This document shows, piece by piece, positions 40,101-52,306 of a stretch of DNA of 64,000 bases. The DNA lies in contig JAVHYY010000297.1 in assembly GCA_035221665.1 (NCBI GenBank), positions 186,001-250,000 of the forward strand, read 5' to 3'. Each line of letters begins with the position of its first letter. The stretch's first letter is position 1. The position numbers were made by a program, and so were the translations under genes. A model generated the notes under the pieces. That model did no database searches. It was not told where the DNA came from and saw only the letters and a list, made by a program, of their open reading frames with translations. The DNA comes from Okamejei kenojei (lineage: Eukaryota).

Positions 40101-43100
40101 ACGACGGGTATCGGAAATGGAAATAAGGGAATTAGATATGAAAAACGCAATCGTGCCTTCTATGATAATACATAATAAATTTGATGCACTCAAATATAAT
40201 TTAAATAAAATATACTCAGACCAAATCATAAAATGCTATCAAAAGACTAAACAGTTACACTTTGAATGTGGTGATAAACCACAAAAATTAAACACGCCAA
40301 CTCCGGAAACAGGAAGGGGAAAAAACAATATATAAAATTAAATCAGATACGGGAGAAATATTAACACTACCCAAGGATATTAATGATAGATTCTCCCATT
40401 ACTATCAAACACTTTACTCAACGAAAACGGCAGTGGGTTCTGCAGGAATGGAATTACTCTTACAGAATTGTAACCTTACTGGTTTGGACTTGAAAGAGAG
40501 GAAATTATTAGGGGCCGAAATATCATTAAAAATATTGAAGAATCTATTAGTTCTTTAAAAAATGGAAAGGCCGCTGGCGCAGATGGTTCAAATAGTGACT
40601 TTTATTTAAAAAACCATGATTCGATCTCGCCAGGCTTACAGACATTATATACTCAAGCATTCATGCAACAGAAACGTCCAGAAACTTTAAATGAATCAAC
40701 AATAATACTTATACCAAAAACGGATAAGGACCTCGAAGACCCAGGTTCATATAGAGCAAATGCTCTCATAAATACCGATCAGAAAATATTAACCAACATT
40801 TTAGCACATAGATTAAGCTTAGTGATTCATAAATTAATACACCCCGATCAAACTGGCTTTATACGAAAACGTTATTCATATTATAATCTGAGACGATTAT
40901 TTTACATTATATACTCAAATCGAATAGCTAATGTGGATTTAGCAGTCATCTCGCTAGATGCAGAGAAAGCATTCGATCAAGTTGATTGGCCCTATTTATT
41001 TTCGGTGATGAAACATTTCAATTAGGTGAGAAGTTTTGTACTTGAGTAAAGCTTCTATATACCAAACCAACAGCCAGAATATTGACAAATCAAATGTTAT
41101 CAAAAAAAATTGATTAATCTAAAGGTTGTAGACAAGGATGCCCGTTATACCCGTTACTATTTGCCCTAGTTATTGAACCACTAGCAGAAAGAATTCGACC
41201 ACATCCAGAAATATATGGGTATAATACTAAAAATACAGTTAATAACATTTCTATATATGCAGATGATGTATTACTATATATTACAAATCCAGAAATTAGC
41301 ATATCTAACCAGTTAAATCTTATAACTCAATTTGCTTTATTCTCGGGATACAGAATCAATTGGAATAACAGTGAGATTATGACAATAATGGAACCTAATT
41401 TATATATATTGCAACAATCACCTTTTAAAATAGTGAACGAAAAATTTAAATACTTAGGGATTTATGTGACCAAGAAATATACCTCCTTATTTAAATCAAA
41501 CTTCCTATCTTTACTTAATAAATTGCATAAGAATATTCAATATTGGAAAACACTTCCCATTTCAATGCTCTGTAAAATTAATGCTATTAAAATTATTTTT
41601 CTTCCCCAACTTCTATACCTCTTTCAATCAATTCCGATATATCTCCCTAAAAATGTATTTACAAAAGTCGACTTGATTGTAACAAGTTTTATTTGGGATT
41701 ATAAGAATCACAGGATAAGTAAAAAAAACACGTATGTAAACACAAGACGAATGGAGGATTAGTTTACCAAATCTCTTATTTTATTTCTGGGCAGTCAATG
41801 TCAAAACTTAAATTTCTGGTGGGAAGATATGGATCAACAACCAGACTGGTTAAAGATGGAAAAGGAGGATTGTCTGCCATTTGAAATAGGCCCGATTCTG
41901 TAAACTCCCACAAAATTGAATACAAAAATCTATAGTGAAAATCCAATAATACATAGTGGTATTCGAATTTGGAAACAAATAAAAAAGACATTAACATTGG
42001 ATAATTTATCACTTTTGCTCCACATTGCAAATAACCCTTCATTTAAACCTTCAGTATTGGATAAAGGTTTCGCACAATGGAAATATTATGGAATTATAAA
42101 GATGGGACATCTTTATAGAAAAGGTGTGTTCCTCTCGTTTCAGGAGGTACAACAGAATTATGGATTACATGCAAATATTTATTTTTTAGATATTTACAAT
42201 TTAAAGATGATGTTAAATCACATACACAAGAATACAGAATTTGAGAGCTAGAGATTCTAGATGAATGTTTGAATAATCACCCCAACACAGTCAAATTAAT
42301 ATCTTACATTTATAATATTCTTTTAGATAGTGAGAAACCGTCGACGGAATTACATAGACAAGCATGGGAAAATGAACTAGCTCAACCCATAACGAAAGAT
42401 ATCTGGGATGAAAGTCTACAACATATACATCACTGTTCGTTAAACGCCAGACATTCATTAATATAATTTAAAATATTACATAGATATCATTATTCTAAAA
42501 CAAAATTAAATAGAATTGTTCCTAATATTTCTCCTATCTGCGATAAATGTCAATATTCTGGGACTAATTTAACCCATACCTTTCTAAGTTGCATAAAAAT
42601 TAAAACATTCCGGGTGTATATTTTTAAAATTATTTCCGTAGTCGTTAATACTCAACTGGAATCCGATGCTAAATTAATAACATTGGGCATATCTGAACAA
42701 TACCTAAAACTTACAATAAAGCAAAGAAACTTCCTTGATTATAGTATAATAACTGGGAAAAAATTATATTAAAATTTTGGAAAAACCCTGCATCCCCCAC
42801 AATCAAAATCTGGATTATGGAGATGTCGGAGACCTTAAATCTGGAAAAAAATGGATTTGTCTTAATCGACAAAGCAGAATTATTTACTAGAATATCATCT
42901 CCATTCATAAATTATTTGAAGGGGTAGAATGGACCCGCGCTGATACCTGACGGAAGCTTGAACCCAGAACTAGATGAATAGCTATGCTTTCTTACCTACG
43001 GTCCTATATCCTAAGTTGTATTATGGATAGTTTATTTTATTTTTCTAATTTTCTTTTATTTTTCTTTATTTTTTCTATCTAAACAAAAGGGAAGAAAAAC
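37175..43100 (+). mobile_element. Near full-length degraded L1-clade LINE (ORF1 ~37450-38407, ORF2 ~39140-42930) inside the GPCR intron, antisense to the gene
   Basis: ORF1 motifs (RRQNLRILGVP, LLYPARLR), APE endonuclease (WNVKG, GGD, IDY, SDH), RT (DAEKAFD, RQGCP, YADD), C-terminal Cys region. Many stops and frameshifts. Confidence 0.9.
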
Positions 43101-43164
43101 ACAATCGAGAGCTAATCGGCCCTTATATTTTTTTCTGATTCCTTCATACGCTTCCCGCCCTTCT

Positions 43165-43452
43165 TTAGTTTAGTTTAGTTTAGTTTAAAGACACAGCGCG
43201 AAAAGAGGCCAGTCCATCGAGTCTGTACCGAAAAGCGATCCACGCACAGTAACACTAAACTACACACAGTGAGAACAATTTACAATTTTACCTAGTGTAT
43301 TAACCGCCAAACTTGTACGTCTTTGGAGTGCAGGAAGAAACCGATCCATGAGAAAACCCACGAATAGAACGCACGAACTCCGCACCAATAATCACCTGTA
43401 TTAAGGATCGAACACGAGTCTCTGGCGCTGAGCCAGTAACTACATCGCGGCG

Positions 43453-43458
<6 letters not shown>
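43165..43458 (-). mobile_element. tRNA-derived SINE followed by (TC)n
   Basis: (TTTAG)n tail and shared SINE body. Confidence 0.7.

Positions 43459-43523
<65 letters not shown>
43459..43523. repeat. (TC)n microsatellite
   Basis: Directly visible. Confidence 0.95.
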
Positions 43524-44039
43524 AATGAACGAATATCACTCCGCACAGTGATAAATATAGCTTAACGATGACGGAACAAATCCTAAGAATTGAATAGACC
43601 TAGCTAAATGATTTATTATTTTACTAAACTCTGCCGTAAATTGGTAAGATTCTACTCCATCCTGTGTTAGCTTGTCAAAATTATAACCGCGAAAATAATT
43701 AATTTCTGATTGAAGCCATTATCTTGAGTTGATGTTGCCGCTATTGTGAATATTTCCCCCTTTCATTCATATTATCTGAAAATAATTTGGTTCATTGGTA
43801 AAGCGTTTCAATCGAAATATGATCAGAATTATATTTTCTGATGTGAGCCTTAATGATAGCTCACAGCAGGGAAATAGATTGGGAATTAAAATAACTGCAC
43901 TACATCGTTTCACGAACCTGTCCGATTCTGACTGTCATTGCTCATTGTTGCGCTGCAACGCGTGTTTCAATAAAGCTAATTTCATATAATGCTGTTGTGA
44001 AACAGGTGATGAGAATATCACTGAAATGTCGTAGTGGGA

Positions 44040-44420
44040 ATAGAGAGGGTGCAAAACGCAAATTGGAGGAACAGTATCTCATATTTCGCTTGGGCAGCTT
44101 ACAAACCAGTGGTGTGGATACTGATTTATCTAACTTCAACATTCCCTCTCTCTCCTCCCCCACACTAGCCACACCAGTTTTAGTTCACATCTTGCAAGTA
44201 GCTGACGACGGCATGTTTCCTTTATCGCCGTTACTTTTGTTTTGCATATCTTTCATTCATATGTTCTATATCCCTCCTCGTCACTGTCTATATCTCTCAT
44301 TTCCCTTTCAGCTGACTCCAGTCTGAAGAAGGGTCTCGACCCGAAATGTCATACATTCATTTTCTCCGGAGATGCTGCCCGTCCTGCTGAATTACTCCAG
44401 CATTTTGTGTCTATCTTCAT
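44040..44420 (+). mobile_element. Penelope 3' fragment with hammerhead-like motif (44323-44350)
   Basis: RKLEEQYLIFRLGSLQ matches the C-terminus of the 22.3-23.9 kb element; CTGAAGAAGGGTCTCGACCCGAAATGTC. Confidence 0.8.
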
Positions 44421-44749
44421 GCAAAGGTGTTGCTTGAATGAAAACAATCAACGAAAATAAAACACGCTTCCAATGCAAACTCCCAGTAGTACACAGCTCC
44501 GTTTGTCCAATAATAACACCACTTTCATATTCTCCCCGAATTGCAAATGCAATTGGCAAGCAATTGGTGATGTTGACACTTGTGCTACGACATTCTTTTT
44601 TACAAGATAATATACAGCTTTTAGTATTTTAGCTTGCAGGAGCGAAAACATATTATTTTTTTAAAAGATAAATGTTAAATATAATTAATATTTTACATTG
44701 CGAGTCTGCAACTATCTACCTCTTACCTCCCATTTTAAATAAAAAATAT

Positions 44750-45036
44750 AACGCAGAAACAGACTCTTCATCCCAGCGAGTCTGCGCCGACCAGCAATAT
44801 CCGCACACTAACACTATCCTACCCACACTCGGGACAATTTACAATTTTACCAATCCAATTACCCCATAAACATGTACGTATTTGGACTGTAGGAATTAAC
44901 CGAATCTACCAGAACAATCCCACGTAGGTCTCGGGGAGAAAGTATAAACTCCGTACTGATAGCACCAATAAAAGGATCACACCGGGTGTTTGGCGCTGTA
45001 GGGCAGCAACTCTGCCGCTACGCCGCCGTTCCGCCC
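44750..45036 (-). mobile_element. tRNA-derived SINE
   Basis: Shared body, head ending CTCTGCCGCTACGCCGCCGTTCCGCCC. Confidence 0.75.
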
Positions 45037-45557
45037 TTTACATTTCTTAATTCCATTAAAACAGCCATCGTGTTATTGCAGAATTGTCTTTCGTAGTTGG
45101 AGTTCAACATATTTGCATATTCGTTTATATCACAATAACATGATTACGATAATTGATATTTTCATTTGAAGTAATCACAACAGATTTTAAGAAGGTGTGT
45201 GGCGATGGAGAAGATAACCTTAAATATAACGAGCGTTAATGTGACAAGACTTTTGCTCCGGTCTAGAATCTCCCGCCAGAGCTAATGTTAGTTTATCTCT
45301 CTCCCAATGCTAAATATACAGACTAGTTAATGTTCTGCGCCCTTGAATACTGAGGCTACTCACACCAGGCGTGCTGACATTTTAACCAATTATATAAAAT
45401 GTCAGCGCTGCGTCAGGTCAGGCAACATAAGTGAAGAAGCAAACATGACATTTTGCTCTTGGCATAACTGCAATGGATGGCCTAATGGCAGTTCCTCGCC
45501 ATAACCGTTAATCAGCGGATTAACCAGCGGATCTTGCAATAGATATTGTCTCGGAGA

Positions 45558-45890
45558 GTCATACTGTCATAGAGTGCTGCAGTTTGGAAATAGGTAATTT
45601 GGCCCGACGTGCCCACAGCGGCCAACATATCCCAGCTACACTAGTTTCACCTGCCTGTGTTTGGTCCATATCACACCAATCCTGTCCATGTACCTGTGTC
45701 TTAGACGTTGGGATAGTCCCAGTTAAAACTACCTCCTCTGGCAGCTTGTTCCTGGCACCCACCAGCATGTGTGTGAAAAAGTTCCTCTCAGATTTCTATT
45801 AAATCGTTTCCCCTTCACATTAAACCTGTGTCATCTGGTCCTCGACTCACCTTCTCCGGCATGAGACTCTATGAATCTACTTGATCTATT
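45558..45890 (-). mobile_element. CR1 3' terminal fragment
   Basis: NKLPEEVV motif and 3' UTR. Confidence 0.7.
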
Positions 45891-46236
45891 CCCGTGTGAG
45901 ATGCTGAGTGTTAGTCTGATTTATATATATATTTTAATCTTTCTATCCTCTGTCAAATCTGCGTTGCACGTTTCGAGTTCTATTAAATTCTTAAGAGGCC
46001 ACTGCCAGAACCATTCATTGTCCGATCATATGTATCTAAAGCTAACCCGTGTATATAATGGCAAGTCGGGTTTAGTCGAGTTTACTATCTTATGCACCAG
46101 TATAGTGAAATACAGGTACAATGAAGATCATGTTTGCAGCAGCTTCGCGAGCACATGGATCCAGACAACCACACACAAATATAAATACAACATAATTAGT
46201 ATATTACAGTATTTCATCAAAATTGTAATACTTCAC

Positions 46237-46306
46237 CCGGAATTGCGATCACTGCAAGAGCGGTGTAGCAAATTGCATATACTAAGCCTCTCGGTGGAGC
46301 GTGCAT
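46237..46306 (-). CDS. GPR139/GPR142-like GPCR, coding exon 1 (MHAPPRGLVYAICYTALAVIAIP)
   Basis: ATG at 46306, 70 nt, phase-1 donor CCGG|GTGAAG. Supplies the first half of TM1 and joins exon 2 in frame (IAIP-V-NLVAIVIL). Confidence 0.8.
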
Positions 46307-47153
46307 TATCTTTGCGGAGAAGTGATATCCGTTCCACTCGCCCATTTATCAGTGTTGAATTGAATGGTTATTATACGTGACGTTCAACCCAGGAAGCCAA
46401 CAGCTGGGGAATTCTACAAACGCGCGTGCGGCCATTAATTGTCCTTAGAGTCAGCGAGCAAGCATAATTAATCACGTGACATGCAAGCTTGCTTGCTAAT
46501 GGAGAACCAAACAGATTAAGCTACACAGTCATATCTTTAGTTTCCCTTAATAAGCAACAAGCTGATCTCACCAACCCACTACCCTCTCTGATGAGGTCGT
46601 GTACAATGTGTAATAGTACTAAAACAAGTGGTCTGCTGTTTACCGATCTAACCATGCAGAATAATACGTTGTTAACTCTATATGACTTCAATCCCACGCA
46701 GCACCGGATATATAAAATAGCACCATATTAAACCAATCGGCGCAAATCACGACAATGCAAAATGCGGCGAAAAGCAGGCTGAGGCATTGAACGGAACCGG
46801 GAAAACAAATCGAAGTACACAAAGACATTTCCATCTCTAAATGCCCCCTTGCCGTGGGTTCAGCGCTAAAGAAAGTATCTCCCACTACGTAGAACAGAAG
46901 CAGGCGCATTGCGCAACTGCATTCAAATAATGACACCGCCCACCTCCTCCACGGCCATCAGCACAATCACCAGAAGAAAAGAACCTTCAGAGAGTGAGTC
47001 AAGAGTGTTTTGTTGTCATATGTCCCAGCTAGTGCAATGAAAATCTTTCTTACCGCAGCAGAACATAATACGTAAACATAGTACACTGTAAACATTATAA
47101 TAAACGCGAAAACAGTTCAGTGTGCACACACACGCATATTAATATTGCACTAT

Positions 47154-47343
47154 NNNNNNNNNNNNNNNNNNNNNNNNNNNNNNNNNNNNNNNNNNNNNNN
47201 NNNNNNNNNNNNNNNNNNNNNNNNNNNNNNNNNNNNNNNNNNNNNNNNNNNNNNNNNNNNNNNNNNNNNNNNNNNNNNNNNNNNNNNNNNNNNNNNNNNN
47301 NNNNNNNNNNNNNNNNNNNNNNNNNNNNNNNNNNNNNNNNNNN
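47154..47343. other. Assembly gap
   Basis: N run. Confidence 1.
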
Positions 47344-47769
47344 CACATTAAAACAAACACACAATACTAGTGCAGGGCATAAGCTGTTCCTGAACCTGGA
47401 TGTTACAGATTTCAGTTTAAATAGTTTCGTACAATGGTATCAGTGGCTCTTTAAAGTGGCCTCAGTGGCGTCCTGTTGTTTCAACCGGTTTTCAGGCGTA
47501 CATCCTGAAATAATAGGTGTGCATTGCGCAACATTGAAATTCGCTTCCAGGTATGAATACGGTGGGGTGTTCATGATATGGTTAGTAAAAACGGTTCAAC
47601 TGCTGTTTTTTTCAAGAATAATAACACCAAGATAATACCAAGGGCAGGCGCGATGTGAACGTGATACACTTGCCCATGCTTAACCGGTCGGAGAGAGACC
47701 AGTTCAGCGTTTATATTGAAAACCTTTTCCGTTTCGTTGAATTGCACATCAACATGCAAAATGAAAAAA

Positions 47770-50743
47770 AAACGAGCTTTAAATAATTCCTTGTGTTTCT
47801 TGGTGATCTTAATACCTAAATAAGTAAGACTTTCGGTAGACAGTCTAAATGGAATCTGACTATAATTCAAAATAAGATTATATAATGGTAAAAGGTCACT
47901 CTTACTAAGATTTAGTTTCTAACCAGAAAAACTACTAAATTAATTTAGTAATGCCACTATTGCCGAAATAGATTTCTCAGGGTTAGAAATAAACAATAAC
48001 AGAACATCAGCGTAAAGAGATAGCTGATGTGTCTTCTTGCCGCGGACAATACCAAAAATATTAGGTGATTCCCTAATAGCGGTGGCTAAAGGCTCCAAAG
48101 CAATATCAAATAGTAAAGGATTTAAGGTACAGCCCTGTCTAGTACCACGAAAGAGCCTGAAAAAAGGGGATATCTGATTATTAGTAAATACAGAAGCCTG
48201 AGGTATATGATACATCAGCTTGATCCAAGAAATACATTTTGGACCAATCTTAAATGTTTCAAGTGTATTGAATAAATAATCCCATTTTACTCTATCAAAC
48301 GCTTTCTGAGCATCAGCATTCTGGGGTTTTATTATACGCTGTATATACAATATTCATTAATCTCCTACCGTTAAAGTATGAGTAACGATTTTTAATAAAT
48401 CTGGTCTGATCCTCAGAGATAATTTGCGGTAAAATATTTTCTAAACTCATAGCTAATATTCTGGAAAGAATTTTGAAATGTACAATTAACATTGATATAG
48501 GTCTTTATGATGACACTTCAGTAGGGTCTTTATCTTTATTAAGCATTAAATAAATAGATGCTTCATAAAAAAGATTGTGGAAATCTATTTCTTAAAAGGG
48601 CTTCTTTAAATACCTTACGTAGACATGGAGACAATACATTTGAAAAATATTTTTGAAATTCAACTGTAAACCCATCAAAACCGGGAGCTTTACCAGAATT
48701 CGTTGAAAAGATTGTTTTCTGTATTTCTTCTTCCGTGATGGGTTCATCAAAATACAGAGAGTCATTATATGGTAAATTTGGTAAATGCAGTTTCTTTAAA
48801 AACTCATGCATTATATTGGAATCAGTAGGAAAATCTGATTGGTATAGAAATGTATAAAATTCTTGAAAGGATTTATTAATTTCGTCATGGTCTACAGTTA
48901 CTGTACCACCCCGTTTTCTCAATTTAGCAATCTGATGCTTCGCCGACACCGATTTCAATTGATTAGCAAGTAATTTACCAGATTTTTCGCCATGTATATA
49001 AAATTCACTTTTGGTTTTAAGTAACTGGTTCTCAATCGGTGATACTAATAGCAAATCATGTCTCAATTGAAGTTCAACTCTATTCTTTTGGAGCTTTAAA
49101 CTAGGAGCTTTTGAATATTTTTATCAATATATTTAATCTCGTCAGCCAATGTACATATTTCTTTTTGATTTTGTTTTTTTAATCCCGCGGAGTATGAAAT
49201 AATGTGTCCACGAATATGTGCCTTAAAAGCACCGCAGACTACACCATTGGATATTTCTTCAGTAGAGGTTGTCAAAAAGTAAAAAGCAATCTGATCTTTC
49301 ATAAAATTAATAAAATTTAAGTCTTGAAGAATAGTAGCATTAAAACGCCATTGTTTAGCACTAAACTTGGAAGCAGGTAGATTGATTGATAGTTTCAAAG
49401 GTGCGTGATCAGAGATAGCGATTGCGTCATACTCACATGCAGTGACCGATGGAACTAGCCGAGAATCTAATATAAAATAGTCGATCCTAGAATAACTATG
49501 ATAGACATGAGACAAAAATGAAAATTCTTTGTCATTTGGGTGAAAAAATCTCCAAACTTCTAACATTCCAGAATCAAGTAAAAAATAATTAATCAAATTA
49601 GCTGATTTATTTGGAAGCACATGATCAGATGCAGACCTGTCAATCGCGGGGTTAAAACAACAGTTGAAATCTCCACCCGTTATTAAAAAGTGTTCATTTA
49701 AATTAGGAAAGGAGGTAATTAATTGTTTACATAACTCAGGATGATCAATATTTGGTGGGTAAACATTCACAATAGCAACTTTTTGCATGTAAAGAGCACC
49801 AGTAATAACCAGAAATCTGCAATTAGGATCAGAAATTGTTTCATTGTTAACGAACGGAATTGAGGGGTCAATAAAAAAAGAGACTCCTTTAGCCTGTGAG
49901 ATTGAATGAAACTGCTGACCTCTCCAAAACTTTAAAAATCGTAAATTGTCATCTTGCCTTACATGGGTTTCCTGAGCAAAGATAATGTGAGCATTTAATC
50001 TGTGAATAACTTTAAAACAAATCCATTTAATGGGATGGTTCAAGCCATTCACATTCCATGCAAGAAAATTAATAACTTCATCCATATTGCTTGTAAAAAT
50101 CATGTGGGATGGAATGGGTTAATTTCTTGAAGCTTAAATGTTCACGATACTGGAACAGGAAAAGGCCAGGGCGGAGCCAGATGTGACGACATTTCAGACA
50201 TTTATGTAGTGCAAACTTTGCACAAATGGAAAACACTAAATAGCGAACCAAGGACCCCTCCCCCCACCCCTCTCCCACCCCCGTAAAGCCCCAAACTGAC
50301 CAATATACAGTCAGCAAGCTACCTAATCCCATCCCCGAGTCCATCTTCCTAGCAACTGTGCTCGGCATAGAGATAATAATTTTAACCACCCCTAGTCAAA
50401 ACACATTCCCCATTATCTCTTTGAGAGAGTAGGAAAAAAAACAGACTGGCATGAAGTTAACAAGCGAGGCTACATATTATTATCCAAGGTCAGGATTTGA
50501 AAAACAAAAACTGCATTCTCTTAGTGTGTCTAATGACAGGGAAACACGAAATCAACAAAGACATTCTTAAAAGACTATTTATAAAAAAATACAATTCTTC
50601 GATTTAAATTCTTAATCATTACCAAACGAAATATTGTCAAAATAGGAACAGTAAATCTCCAGTTATAACTTAATCAGCTATCGACTGGTCCGCTTCCTCC
50701 TCGTAGCTCTCCAGAAAGCTAGAGGCGTCTTGAGGATTATTAA
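47770..50743 (-). mobile_element. L1 LINE, inverted 5' segment (ORF1 C-terminus, endonuclease, RT)
   Basis: WNVNGL..QETH..GGDFN..RIDY..SDH at 49096-50103; RT QGC/YADV at 47940-48350; ends at YLGIKITKKHKELFKA. Confidence 0.9.
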
Positions 50744-51333
50744 AAAATAGTAAGATTAAACGAGAACTTACCAGTTCGAAGTTTGATCGTTATTTTATGA
50801 GGAGTAACGATGAGGGATTACGTGAAGAAGCCCCGCCTGGCGCTTGAACGGCATACTTCAAAGCAGCGGCATGAAAAACACAGAACATAATAGCCGGAGT
50901 AAAATAGTACGGCTCAACATAGATTTAGAACTACCAGATGATCATTTATTTTATGAGGGTCGGGAGTGGAGGGCACGTAATCCCTCATCGTCGCTCCTCA
51001 TAAAATAACGATCAAACTTCGAACTGGTAAGTTCTCATTTAATCTTACTATTTTACTTCGGAGTCACGTGAGTGACTACGTGAAGATTTTGAAGCTTCTG
51101 TGTTTTTTATGTCGTAGAGTCATTCCATAAGACAGTCCGGCTAAGTCAACACATAAATGAGTAAATAACCTTTTTACCAGATCAGTTTTAGTTTTTTTTC
51201 ATAAATCTTTTAATGATAAAAGAACAAATAATAACCCCTTTTTTACATCTGGGGAAAATCACTACAAAGTGATAAAAGATATAAGTGATAACATAATGGA
51301 TAATATAAATCGATAGTGAAACAAAGCAGGTGA

Positions 51334-52306
51334 TTATAGTGAACCCAACACCGCGTGTCCAAAGCCTGTCATTGTGAGAACAGGTTTATCGTAGAACTTT
51401 GAAAAAGTTTCTTCTTTACACCACCCTGCGGTTTCTAAAATGTGTTCGTTTAGTACATCCTGTAACTTCGCCGCGGACGTAGCTGCTGCCCTGGTGGAGT
51501 GAGATTTAAACACATCAGTGTCTACACCTGCTAAAAGGAACACCTGTTTTAACCACCTTGAAATTGTTTGTACTGATGCTTTTGTGTGTGGTTTCTTATG
51601 CGTAATCATTAACACTTTTTCATCACCTCGAAAACTCTTGGTAACTTTTATATATTGAGTCAAGTGTCTAACTACACAACGTTGGATCAATAGCGTAAGC
51701 TTGAAACATTACCTTCGCTCCAGTTCTCCCTGGTCTGCTTTGTTTGATCAGATCGTAAACGTAAAACACAATGTTATCTGAAGCCACATGCATACAATCT
51801 AAACCTAGCATTTGCAATGATTGCACTTTTTGTGCTGATACCAACGCCATTAACATTACTAATTGAAATGTTAACTTTTCCAATGATATAACTGTGATTG
51901 GAGTCCATTGCCTAAGCAAAGTAAGTATAATGCTGACATCCCAAATTTCTGTATATCTTGGTTTGGGCGGATTTTGGTTAAAAATTCCTTTCATAAATCT
52001 GCATATTAATGGATGAGATCCAATTGATTCATGGTCAGAAATTTGTCCTAAATAGGATGATAAAGCACTACGCGCACTATTAATGGCACTATAACTCAAG
52101 TGCTGCTCAAAATACAACTCAGCAAGGAACTCCAATATGTTTGAAATGTTCACAGTATGATAAGATATATTTGATTGTCTACAAAAAACTTCCCATTTCT
52201 TTATATGTGTCATATATTGTCTCTGAGTACTATCTCGCCGTGATGAGACTATAACATCCATGGTTCTATCCGACAATCCAAGCGCTTGTAGTGGTCTGGT
52301 CAAAAC
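51334..52306 (-). pseudogene. DIRS-A tyrosine recombinase (frameshifted, catalytic Arg to Lys)
   Basis: Aligns with the DIRS-B YR. SAQKV instead of SAQRV; frameshift near 51680; HSTR, AGW and FY retained. Confidence 0.88.

Noticed and set aside
44448-44651. Alternative GPCR first exon (MFSLLQAKILKAVYY...)
   Set aside because: No TM1-like segment ending in a phase-1 donor; the 46.3 kb exon fits much better.
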